From the NCBI GenBank assembly GCA_043814605.1, contig JBDRJV010000047.1, positions 5,077-69,076 of the forward strand: a stretch of DNA of 64,000 nt, read 5' to 3'. Every line of letters begins with the position of its first letter. The first letter of the stretch is position 1. This document shows, one piece after another, positions 19,368 to 28,636 of the stretch. A model generated the notes under the pieces. The model was not told where the DNA came from. It saw only the letters and a list, made by a program, of their open reading frames with translations, and did no database searches. This DNA is from Candidatus Omnitrophota bacterium. GTDB lineage: Bacteria > Omnitrophota > Gorgyraeia > B26-G9. The position numbers and the translations under genes were made by a program.

Positions 19368-20213
19368 ATGGCAAGACCATTAAGAATAGAATATGACGGA
19401 GCAGTATATCACGTAACATCGCGAGGTAATGCGAAAGAACCTATCTTTAAGAATGCTGAAGATAGGTTTAATTTTTTTGAAGTACTAGCAGAAGCAAAGA
19501 AAAAGCATAATATTATATGTCATGCGTATTGTTTAATGGATAATCATTATCATTTAGTTGTGGAAACTCCTGAGGGAAATTTGAGTAGGGCAATGAGGCA
19601 TATAAATGGAGTTTATACGCAAAGTTTTAACCGCAAGCATAAAAGAGTAGGTCATGTGTTTCAAGGTAGATATAAAGCGATGTTGGTAGATAGGGATGAA
19701 TATCTATTGGAAGTAATTAGATATGTGGTTTTAAATCCCGTACGAGCTGGATTAGTTAAAAGTGCGGAAAAATGGCAATGGAGTAGTTATTGTGGAACTG
19801 TGGGGATGAGCAAAAAAGAGAGATTTCTGGATACAGATTGGGTGTTGGAATATTTTGGAGGCACAAAAAATATTGCTCAAAAAAAATACCGAGAATATGT
19901 AGATGAGGGAATTGAAAAAGAAATAGTAAAGAAAAAGATTAGTCAGCAGAGTATTCTTGGCAGTGAAAGTTTTAAGCAAAAAATCTCTAAGTATGTGCAA
20001 GGGAAAAAAGAAATAAAAGAAATTTCAAGGTGCCAACGTTATGTGGGACGTCCTCAATTAGAAGATATTTTTAAGGGAGCGCAAAAAGTCAAAGCAGAAA
20101 GAAATGCTTTAATTAGAAAAGCAATAACAGATTACGGGTATCAGCAAAAAGAGATAGCGCAGTGGTTGGGGATGCATTATACCAGCGTAAGTAAAATACT
20201 AAGCAGGGAATAA
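19368..20213 (+). CDS. REP-associated-type tyrosine (Y1 HUH) transposase with C-terminal HTH
   Basis: YHVTSRG, LMDNHYHL (HUH), FQGRY, YVVLNPVRAG, WSSY; C-terminal QKEIAQWLGMHYTSVSK. Confidence 0.9.
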   Translation: MARPLRIEYDGAVYHVTSRGNAKEPIFKNAEDRFNFFEVLAEAKKKHNIICHAYCLMDNHYHLVVETPEGNLSRAMRHINGVYTQSFNRKHKRVGHVFQGRYKAMLVDRDEYLLEVIRYVVLNPVRAGLVKSAEKWQWSSYCGTVGMSKKERFLDTDWVLEYFGGTKNIAQKKYREYVDEGIEKEIVKKKISQQSILGSESFKQKISKYVQGKKEIKEISRCQRYVGRPQLEDIFKGAQKVKAERNALIRKAITDYGYQQKEIAQWLGMHYTSVSKILSRE

Positions 20214-20270
20214 AAAGCTAAAATTCACCGCAAATGCGGGACAGGCAAGACCTGAATCCATGCCTTAGGA

Positions 20271-20377
20271 AATGGAACTCCCACGGGCTAAACATGGTTC
20301 CTGGGGTGGAATACTCAAGCGGCATCCTTTTATCCGCGCCATAAATGGGCGCGGTTTTAGGCCGCGGATGTATAAAA
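20271..20377 (-). mobile_element. element B, copy 2
   Basis: reverse complement of 12122-12231 with a decayed terminal hairpin. Confidence 0.7.
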
Positions 20378-20402
20378 TGCTAAAATTCAAGACCTGACCC
20401 CA

Positions 20403-21438
20403 TTACGCTTTATTCGCAGAATTGTTGAATGAGTTCTTTGAAAATAGTGAATTAAAATTAACTTTTGAAGTTTTATTATGCAATATTGGAATAAGCGCTA
20501 AAAAAGTGGCAGCATTATCAGCGTTGATTTTTTACAGAGATTATATTTTAGATGGTGGTTACTATCCTATGGGGGGAATGGATGAGTTTGCTAAAATTTT
20601 ATCAAACAGATTTGTTGAGTTAGGAGGAGAATTAATTTTAAATAATAGAGTTAATAAAATTTGTTTGTATAAAAATACAATTAAAGGGGTAGTATTAAGC
20701 GATGGAAAGTTTATTGATAGTAAATTAGTTGTTTCTAATTCTGATGCTACTCAAACATTTAAAGATTTGTTAGCAGATATAGATACAAAAGAAAAAAAAC
20801 TGGTTGAGCAATTTAAAATTTCCCCACCATTATTTGCTTTGTATTTAGGATTAGATTGTAAGTATAGTGATTTTACAAATGAAACATGTAATATGTGGTG
20901 GGTTAAAACGAATGATTTGGATAGCTACTATTCTGATTTAAAAAATAATATTTTAAGCGACAGTAATAATTTTTTTATGACCAGTTTTCCTGCGGCACAT
21001 ACAAATAATGTTGATGCTAACATAAAAAACACTATGCAATTTTTTATGTATGCTCCATATGAAAATGAGGATTTTTGGGGTAAACATAGGATAAGAGTTG
21101 AAGATAAATTAATAAATGAAGCGTCTGCAATTTTTAAAGGGTTTAAAAAAAATATAAAAGTTAAAGTTAGTGCGACACCTTTAACGTTTAATCGGTATAC
21201 CTTAAATAGATCAGGTTCTCCTTACGGGTGGGCGTCAACATTGGACCAATTAAGCAATTCAGTTTTTCCTCAAAAAACGTCAATAAATAATTTATATTTA
21301 GTTGGGCATTGGTGTACCATAGGTAGCGGGCAAGGCGGGGTTCCAAAAGTATTGTTTTCGGGGAGAAAAGCTGCATATTTAATAACTAAGCAAGCAAAAA
21401 TGAAATGGAAATTTAAGAAAAATATTTTAACTTATTAA
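20403..21438 (+). pseudogene. 5'-truncated phytoene desaturase-like paralog
   Basis: aligns by eye to 15644-17110 from about residue 145 (FAELLNEFF vs FKDVLNIYF); the GxGxxG region is absent; begins directly after the right IR. Confidence 0.8.
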
Positions 21439-21452
21439 GATTGGAATAAATA

Positions 21453-23684
21453 ATGAACCTTTTTTCTTTTTCGTCATTAATAGTTTTTGTATCAAATTTG
21501 ATTTTGACTATTTTTTTATTGATTCAAGGAAGGAAGCAAAAAGTTAGTTATATTTTGAGTATTTTTAGCTTGCTTGCTACTGTTTGGGGATTAGGCGCGT
21601 ATAAATTTTCTTCTACCAACTTGATTGAAGAAGCTTTATTTTGGAGAAAGATAGCTAATGTGGCAGTTATTTTTAGCCCTGTTTGTTACTATTATTTTAT
21701 ATGTGAATATTTAGAGTTAAAGAACAAAAAGCATAAAATGCTTCTTTTTGTATCTTTTCTTTTTAGCATATTTTTTGTTTTTTCGAATTTCTTTTTACCG
21801 CCTAAGTTTTTTGTTGGTGGTTTAAGAATCGTTTTTAGCCAGTTCTACTATCCAGATTGGTTTCAATATAAGAGTTTTTTGTATTTATTTTTTTATGGAA
21901 CATTTTATTTGTTATTATTAGGATATGCTTTTCTTTTATTGCTGACGGCATATGTAAAAGCTACCCCTAAGCTAAGAAATACATTGAAGTATTTTATTTT
22001 GGGTTCAGTATTTGGATGGTTAGGCCCGACGTTTATGTGGCTGATAGAATTTAGAATAGACATATATCCTTATGCAAATTTCTTAATAGCAATATACCCA
22101 GCAATTTGGGCCTATGCTATTATAAAACATCGTTTAATGGATATTAAAGTTGCAATTACGCGCGGAGCAATTCTTTTAATAGTTTACGGATTTATCGTAG
22201 GATTGCCATTATTAACAATTTTAATAGCAAAAGATTATTTGCAAAATAATTTTGCAGATAAATGGTTTTATCCGCCATTGGCTTTGTATACTCTGTTAGC
22301 TTTATTTGCGCCGTATATTTATCTAACATTGCAAACAAAAGCTGAGCAAAAAAGAATACGTCAGCAAATCCATTTGCATCAATCTTTAAAAGCCGCGTCT
22401 AAAACTACCATTGAAGTGCAAAGCATTGATAAGCTGGCTAAAATCATTCCTAGGTACCTAATTAGGCTTTACAGCCGATTGGACAATAAGATCAGCCACA
22501 TTACATTATTCCTTAAAGATAAGAAAAAAGAAGAGTATAATTTGCGTTCATCTGTAGGAAACCAAAAATTGCAATCAGATATTTTGATTAATTCCGATAG
22601 CTACCTTGTGAAATGGTTTACCAAGGTCAGAGAAGTTTTAGTAGAAAACGGAGTATTAAGAGCCAAGGAAGTGGAAGTATTGGTTTATGAGGATATTGAT
22701 TTTTGGATGAATAAGGCTAGTATTTTAAGTGTGCCTTATAAAGGCTTGAATAAAGTATTATTAAATCTAAAAAAAGAAATGAGGGGATTAAAAGCCAGTG
22801 TGATTTTACCCTCTGTCTACCAAAAAGAATTGTTAGGGTTTTTGATTTTAGGCGAGAAAACTCCGGATCCGTATTCTTTAAATGATATTGATACTTTGTT
22901 AATCCTATCAAATGATATGACAATAGCTTTAAAATCACAGGAAATTATTGAAGATTTGACAAAAACACAAGCACATTTAGTGCAGTCAGAGAAACTAAAG
23001 GTTGTGGGAGAAATAGCTTCTTGTTTAGCTCATGAAGTAAAAAATCCGCTAACAACTCTAAAAACTTTCTCTGAATATTTACCACAAAAGATGCAAGAAA
23101 AAGATGAAGAATTTATTGAAAAGTATCGCAGATTGGTTCCTCCTGAGATTGAAAGGATAAATTCAATAGTTCAGAAATTATTAGATTTTTCTAAGCCAAA
23201 TCTTCCTAATTTTCAAAAAACAGATTTAAAAGCGTTGATAAAAGAGGTGGTAGAGTTTTTGAGTGAGAAGTTTTTAAAAAATAAAATAAAAGTAATAGAA
23301 AATTATTCGAAAGATTCCCTAATGCTAAAAATTGATCAGCACCAGATAAGACAAGTATTGTTGAACCTGATATTAAACGCGATAGATGCTATGCCCGAAG
23401 GAGGCAATATTAGTATAAGCTCAGAAATGTTAGATAACGCTATAAAAATAGAAATTAGTGATACAGGCAAAGGGATTCCTGAGGATGAGTTGAAAAATAT
23501 CTTTGATCCGTTCTTTACCAAGGGTAAGGAAAACGGTACAGGGCTAGGCTTGTTTGTGGCCAACCAGATCATGAGCCTGCATAATGGTTTAATAAAAGTT
23601 AAAAGTAAGTATGGCGAAGGCACCAGTTTTGTGCTAAAATTTGCTTTAGGCGATGAAGGGCCCAAGGGAACGGAGAAGAGTTAA
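21453..23684 (+). CDS. membrane sensor histidine kinase HK3
   Basis: 7TM-type N-terminus; middle nearly identical to HK2; AHEVKNPL; NAIDA, DTGKG, GTGLGL. Confidence 0.92.
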   Translation: MNLFSFSSLIVFVSNLILTIFLLIQGRKQKVSYILSIFSLLATVWGLGAYKFSSTNLIEEALFWRKIANVAVIFSPVCYYYFICEYLELKNKKHKMLLFVSFLFSIFFVFSNFFLPPKFFVGGLRIVFSQFYYPDWFQYKSFLYLFFYGTFYLLLLGYAFLLLLTAYVKATPKLRNTLKYFILGSVFGWLGPTFMWLIEFRIDIYPYANFLIAIYPAIWAYAIIKHRLMDIKVAITRGAILLIVYGFIVGLPLLTILIAKDYLQNNFADKWFYPPLALYTLLALFAPYIYLTLQTKAEQKRIRQQIHLHQSLKAASKTTIEVQSIDKLAKIIPRYLIRLYSRLDNKISHITLFLKDKKKEEYNLRSSVGNQKLQSDILINSDSYLVKWFTKVREVLVENGVLRAKEVEVLVYEDIDFWMNKASILSVPYKGLNKVLLNLKKEMRGLKASVILPSVYQKELLGFLILGEKTPDPYSLNDIDTLLILSNDMTIALKSQEIIEDLTKTQAHLVQSEKLKVVGEIASCLAHEVKNPLTTLKTFSEYLPQKMQEKDEEFIEKYRRLVPPEIERINSIVQKLLDFSKPNLPNFQKTDLKALIKEVVEFLSEKFLKNKIKVIENYSKDSLMLKIDQHQIRQVLLNLILNAIDAMPEGGNISISSEMLDNAIKIEISDTGKGIPEDELKNIFDPFFTKGKENGTGLGLFVANQIMSLHNGLIKVKSKYGEGTSFVLKFALGDEGPKGTEKS

Positions 23685-23884
23685 AATTTAATATTGTGTA
23701 GTGTTTAATGTGTTATGTGTCATGAATTTTTATGCAGCAAGCTCCAGGCTGCAAGCTTCAGGGGTTTTAGCTTGCGACTTGAAGCTTGAGGCTTGTGGCT
23801 TATATTTTTTCATTAAACAATAAACTTTACACATTACACAAAAATTTACGGATATTATATTGATTTATACACGGAGGTTAAAAG

Positions 23885-24922
23885 ATGCTGGAGATTTTGG
23901 TTGTTGATGATGAGCAAGAAATTGCTAAGGCACTAAAGAGATTTTTTGATCAAAAAGGATATTCTGTCCATATTGCCCATGACGGGAAAACTGCTGTTGA
24001 GCTGGTTAGGCAGCACCGGCCTCACCTTGTGTTCTTAGATATTCGTATGCCGCTGATGGATGGGTTAAGTGTGTTACGGAATATCCGTAATTATGACACG
24101 ACAATAAAAGTAATCATGGTTACAGCTTTTGGTACAAAAGAAATTGTTAATGAAGCTATGCGCCTGGGCGCAGTGGATTTTATCCGCAAACCTTTTACCC
24201 GTACATATCTGGAGCAGGAAGTTATGGCTAAGGTTAGCATCCAGCTTTTTGAAGATCTTCGCCAGGAAGTAGATGAGAAAAATAAATTAATTGATCAGCT
24301 TGAGAATTTAAACCAGAGAGCAGCAAGAAATTTTTATCAGACCGTGCTTTCTCTGGCTGCCGCATTAGAATCACGGGATTATTATACCCATGGCCATTCT
24401 GAACGCGTGGAAATGTACAGTAAACTTATTGCCAAAGAATTAAAAACAACGCTGGGTTTAGATATTAATAAGAAATTTATGGATGATTTGCATATTGAAT
24501 CAAGATTGCATGATATTGGTAAGATCGCGGTTTCAGATACAGTCCTGAATAAACCCGGAAGATTGACTCATGCTGAATACAATGAAATAAAAAGGCATCC
24601 GGGTGAAAGCGCGAGAATTCTGGCGCCATTAGATAATATTAAAGAAAATATAGAAGTTATTTATTCTCATCATGAACGCATTGACGGAAAAGGTTATCCG
24701 GATAATAAGACTGATAAAAAAATCCCATTAAGAGCCAAGATTATTGCTGTAGCTGATGCTTTTGATGCGATGACGTCAGACCGTCCGTACCGAAAAGCAA
24801 TGTCTGGAAAATATGCATTTACCGAACTTGAAAAAAACAAAGAAATTCAGTTTGATGCAGAAGTTGTTCATGCTTTTGTCTCTGCATATAATAAAAAAGA
24901 AACAATAGCTTTAAAAATTTAA
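23885..24922 (+). CDS. response regulator with HD-GYP phosphodiesterase domain
   Basis: REC (VVDDE, LDIRMP, KPF); HGHSERV, LHDIGK, HHERIDGKGYP, ADAFDAM. Confidence 0.92.
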   Translation: MLEILVVDDEQEIAKALKRFFDQKGYSVHIAHDGKTAVELVRQHRPHLVFLDIRMPLMDGLSVLRNIRNYDTTIKVIMVTAFGTKEIVNEAMRLGAVDFIRKPFTRTYLEQEVMAKVSIQLFEDLRQEVDEKNKLIDQLENLNQRAARNFYQTVLSLAAALESRDYYTHGHSERVEMYSKLIAKELKTTLGLDINKKFMDDLHIESRLHDIGKIAVSDTVLNKPGRLTHAEYNEIKRHPGESARILAPLDNIKENIEVIYSHHERIDGKGYPDNKTDKKIPLRAKIIAVADAFDAMTSDRPYRKAMSGKYAFTELEKNKEIQFDAEVVHAFVSAYNKKETIALKI

Positions 24923-25185
24923 AAACTACTTTGAAACTACTTCGTATAAGGAAGCTAAATCCGCCAAGTGTTTTCAAAGAAGAGAACAGTGGCGAGATAA
25001 AAAGCGAGTAATAGGACGCAGTGTTTATCAGGATTTATCAGTGTTCTCTGATTTACCCTGAGCTTTTTTCGAAGGGGATTCCTTAGAGGGAAAAGTAAAT
25101 ATATGTTGACAAAATAACATAAATATGTTATTTTTACAGTTAAAATAACATGTACACGTAGAACCTAAAAGTATAGGCATGATAA

Positions 25186-26334
25186 ATGCATTTTAAACGC
25201 AGCTTAAACCTTAAAAAATTCAATACAAGCTTATTTCTTTTTGGCCCTCGTTTAACAGGAAAAACTACATTATTAAAATTACTTTCCTTTGATGAATATT
25301 TTGATTTGCTAGATCCGGAATTAGAACTGGAGTATCGAACAAATCCTAAGCAATTTTGGCAGCAAATATCCGCGATGAAAAAAGGATCCCGCATCATTGT
25401 CGATGAGATTCAAAAAGTGCCGATACTTTTAAATTATGTGCAAAAAGCAATAGATCAGCTAGGGCATAAATTTATTCTCTCAGGATCAAGCGCCAGAAAA
25501 TTAAAACGCGGCGGAGCAAATCTTTTAGGTGGGCGGGCGTTAGATTTAAGACTGCATCCTTTAACATCCGAAGAATTAGGAGATAATTTTTCCTGTGATT
25601 TTAGTATGCAGTATGGAACATTACCGCGAATTTCTGATTTAATCAGTGAAAATAATTTAGACTTAGCTAAGCAGCATTTAAAAAGTTATATTTCAACCTA
25701 TCTTAAAGAAGAAATTCAAGCGGAAGCATTGACTCGGAATGTGGGCGCTTTTAACCGGTTTTTGAATATTGCCGCACAAAGTAATGGCCAGTTTATTGAA
25801 TTTTCTAATATTTCCCGGGAATGCTCTGTGCCGGCAAGCACGGTGAAGGAATATTATCAAATTCTTGAAGATACTTTAATCGGATTTTTTTTGTGGCCAG
25901 ATGATCGCAGTGAGAGAAAAAAAGCAAGGCCTAAATTTTATTTTTTTGATTGCGGTGTCTTAAGATCAATACAAAACAGGCTTAATGATCCTCCTACAGC
26001 TATTGAATTAGGGTGTCTTTTTGAAACATGGTTTGTTAATGAAATATTGCGCTTAAGAGATTATCTGGGCAAAGAACATCAGTTTTCTTTTTGGCGGGAG
26101 AGAGACCAGGAAATTGATATTTTAATTTCAGGGGGCCGGGGGGTAATTTTAGCGATTGAATGTAAATCCGGGAAAGTTAATAAGTGCCCAAATGCTGTAA
26201 ATAGTTTTAAAAAAAAGTTTCCTAAAGTTCCGATTATAATTGCTTCGTTACAAGAACCCAAAGCTAAACTTGTGGGGAATGTGAAAGTTTTACCTTATAA
26301 ACAAGCGATAGATTATTACAAAAATTTAAAATAA
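25186..26334 (+). CDS. AAA_14 ATPase with DUF4143 C-terminus
   Basis: GPRLTGKT, IVDEIQ, SGSSAR, KFYFFDCG, EIDI..IECK. Confidence 0.9.
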   Translation: MHFKRSLNLKKFNTSLFLFGPRLTGKTTLLKLLSFDEYFDLLDPELELEYRTNPKQFWQQISAMKKGSRIIVDEIQKVPILLNYVQKAIDQLGHKFILSGSSARKLKRGGANLLGGRALDLRLHPLTSEELGDNFSCDFSMQYGTLPRISDLISENNLDLAKQHLKSYISTYLKEEIQAEALTRNVGAFNRFLNIAAQSNGQFIEFSNISRECSVPASTVKEYYQILEDTLIGFFLWPDDRSERKKARPKFYFFDCGVLRSIQNRLNDPPTAIELGCLFETWFVNEILRLRDYLGKEHQFSFWRERDQEIDILISGGRGVILAIECKSGKVNKCPNAVNSFKKKFPKVPIIIASLQEPKAKLVGNVKVLPYKQAIDYYKNLK

Positions 26335-26381
26335 AAACAAAAGAGAAACAAATAATTCAAATAATAATATTGATTTAACGC

Positions 26382-26401
26382 GGGCAATTCATGAATTGCC
26401 C
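26382..26401. repeat. REP-like perfect palindrome
   Basis: GGGCAATTCATGAATTGCCC. Confidence 0.7.
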
Positions 26402-26422
26402 CTTATATGCGGAGGAATGTGC

Positions 26423-27472
26423 ATGCTGAAAATTCTGGTTGTAGACGATGAACCGGCAATAACCGATATTCTGGAAAATTTCTTTAAAAAGAAAAAATAC
26501 GAAGTATATGTTGCCAATAACGGACAGATTGCCTTAGATATTATCAAAGAACAAAGGCCGCATCTAGTGTTTCTGGACGTTAAAATGCCGGTTATGGACG
26601 GCTTAACAGTATTGCGTAATATCCGCATGATTGATAATAGTATTAAAGTAATTATGGTGACAGCCTATGAGGATGAAGAAACAGTTAAAGAAGCAAAATC
26701 ATTAGGGATTGTCGATTATATCCATAAACCGTTTAAGCTGGAATATCTGGAAAAAGATGTTATTGAAAAAGTTAATGCCCAGCTATTTGGGGATTTACGG
26801 CAGGAATTAGACGAAAAAAGCAAACTGGTTGAACGCTTGGCGCAGGAAGTAGAAAAAGTAAGCACTTTAAATAAAAAATTAAAACGAAATTTTTACCAAA
26901 CAATACTTTCTTTAGCTACCGCATTAGAAGCCCGCGACCGCTACACCCACGGCCACTCTGAACGCGTGGATCTGTACAGCAAGCTTATTGCCGAAGAATT
27001 AAAAGAAGGATTTAGCTGGAAAATAGATGATGAGTTTATGGAAAAACTGCATATTGAATCAAGATTGCATGATATCGGGAAGATCGCTATCCCGGATATG
27101 GTTCTAAATAAACCGGGAAAATTAGATGATGAGGAGTTTAACCAGATTAAATCTCATCCTGTATACAGTGCGCATATTTTAGAGCCGTTAGAAGATTTAA
27201 AAGAAAGCAGTGAAGTAATCCGGCACCATCACGAACGCGTTGACGGAAGAGGTTATCCCAGCGGATTTACCCGGGAACAGATGCCGGTACGCTCAAGAAT
27301 TATTGCAGTGGCAGATTCATATGATGCCATGACATCAGACCGGCCTTATCGAAAATCAATGCCGATTGAAACTGCATTATCTGAACTTGAGAAAAATAAA
27401 GGCACACAGTTTGACGCTGAAGCTGTAGACGCGTTTATCAGCGCTTATAAAAAAGGTAAAATTCCCAATTAG
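26423..27472 (+). CDS. response regulator with HD-GYP domain (paralog of 23885)
   Basis: REC plus LHDIGK, HHERVDGRGYP; start ATG 26423 after GGAGG. Confidence 0.92.
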   Translation: MLKILVVDDEPAITDILENFFKKKKYEVYVANNGQIALDIIKEQRPHLVFLDVKMPVMDGLTVLRNIRMIDNSIKVIMVTAYEDEETVKEAKSLGIVDYIHKPFKLEYLEKDVIEKVNAQLFGDLRQELDEKSKLVERLAQEVEKVSTLNKKLKRNFYQTILSLATALEARDRYTHGHSERVDLYSKLIAEELKEGFSWKIDDEFMEKLHIESRLHDIGKIAIPDMVLNKPGKLDDEEFNQIKSHPVYSAHILEPLEDLKESSEVIRHHHERVDGRGYPSGFTREQMPVRSRIIAVADSYDAMTSDRPYRKSMPIETALSELEKNKGTQFDAEAVDAFISAYKKGKIPN

Positions 27473-27530
27473 GGTGAAGGGTGATGGTGGAAGGGGGAGG
27501 AAAAGCTTTTTTCTTGCTACTTTCTACTCT

Positions 27531-27575
27531 TTGAGAACATTAATATATTTTCAGCGAAATCCCGCTAAGGCGGGG
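27531..27575 (+). repeat. element A, copy 3
   Basis: TTGAGAACATTAATATATTTTCAGCGAAATCCCGCTAAGGCGGGG. Confidence 0.85.
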
Positions 27576-27608
27576 CTCCTCGCTACTAATCAATAACTAG
27601 GAGCGATT

Positions 27609-28469
27609 ATGGAAAAAATTAAAATTGCGATTATCGGCGGCAGCGGGATTTATGATATTGAAGGGGTAAAAGACGTCACTACCTTGGATATCGATACTCC
27701 GTTTGGAAAACCTTCGGACAAAATTATTGTGGGAACTTTAGAAGGCGTAAGATTTGCGTTTTTACCGCGGCATGGACGAGGACACAGAATATCTCCGTCA
27801 GAGTTAAATTTTAGAGCTAATATTTACGCTTTAAAATCAATCGGGGTTGAGCAAATTCTTTCGATATCTGCAGTGGGCAGTTTAAAAGAAGAGTTAAAAC
27901 CGCGTGATTTTGTTGTGCCGGATCAGCTTTTTGACCATACAAAAGGCCGGCCAAGTACATTTTTTGGCGAAGGGATTGTGGCGCATGTCGGTATAGCTGA
28001 CCCGTTTTGTCCGGACTTAAGCCGCATTGCTTATGAAACGATTAAAAACTTGGGCATTGCTGTGCATAAGGGCGGGACTTATATTTGTATCGAAGGGCCG
28101 CAATTTTCTACCAAAGCCGAGTCAAATGCTTATCGCAAGATAGGTTTTTCGATTATTGGTATGACTGCTATGCCCGAAGCAAAGCTCGCCCGGGAAGCAG
28201 AAATATGCTATACAACCATTGCATTGGTTACGGATTATGATGTGTGGAAAGAAGATGAAGAAGTGACTTTAGAAAAAGTTCTGGCAAATCTATCCGCAAA
28301 TACAGAAAACGCTAAAAAGTTTATTAAAACCGTATTACCAAAACTGGTGCGGGAATTGAAATGCTCCTGCCAAAGCGCATTATCCACAGCCATTGTCACA
28401 GCTCCTGACGCCATGCCAAAAAAGACAAAAGAAAAATTAGGTTTGCTGATTAAAAAATATGTGAAATAA
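27609..28469 (+). CDS. mtnP: S-methyl-5'-thioadenosine phosphorylase
   Basis: IIGGSG, TPFGKPS, LPRHG, EGPQFSTKAES, GMTAMPEAKLAREA, TDYD. Confidence 0.92.
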   Translation: MEKIKIAIIGGSGIYDIEGVKDVTTLDIDTPFGKPSDKIIVGTLEGVRFAFLPRHGRGHRISPSELNFRANIYALKSIGVEQILSISAVGSLKEELKPRDFVVPDQLFDHTKGRPSTFFGEGIVAHVGIADPFCPDLSRIAYETIKNLGIAVHKGGTYICIEGPQFSTKAESNAYRKIGFSIIGMTAMPEAKLAREAEICYTTIALVTDYDVWKEDEEVTLEKVLANLSANTENAKKFIKTVLPKLVRELKCSCQSALSTAIVTAPDAMPKKTKEKLGLLIKKYVK

Positions 28470-28494
28470 TTTATAGGCTGCAGGTTTCAATTCA

Positions 28495-28540
28495 CCCCGT
28501 CTCAGCGGGATTTCGCTAAAAATTAAATTAATGGTCTCAA
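28495..28540 (-). repeat. element A, copy 4 (TGAGAC variant)
   Basis: reverse complement reads TTGAGACCATTAATTTAATTTTTAGCGAAATCCCGCTGAGACGGGG. Confidence 0.85.
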
Positions 28541-28636
28541 CAAGTCACAAGTCTAAAAAACCCTGAGGCTTGCAGCCTGGAACTTGATGCATAAAAATTC
28601 ATTATGCAATTATTGGAATTTTTATCTGCTTCGTTT

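Larger units (their letters stand above)
19314..20402 (+). mobile_element. RAYT-like HUH transposase element bounded by 17-bp perfect inverted repeats
   Basis: TGGGGTCAGGTCTTGAA (19314-19330) / TTCAAGACCTGACCCCA (20386-20402). Confidence 0.8.

Noticed and set aside
15644-21438. carotenoid biosynthesis
   Set aside because: No phytoene synthase or prenyltransferase; context is acyl-chain chemistry
26335-26378. fourth displaced gene end after the third AAA_14
   Set aside because: NKRET vs NKKET is A-rich and has no in-frame stop at the matching position; kept only as a weak hint
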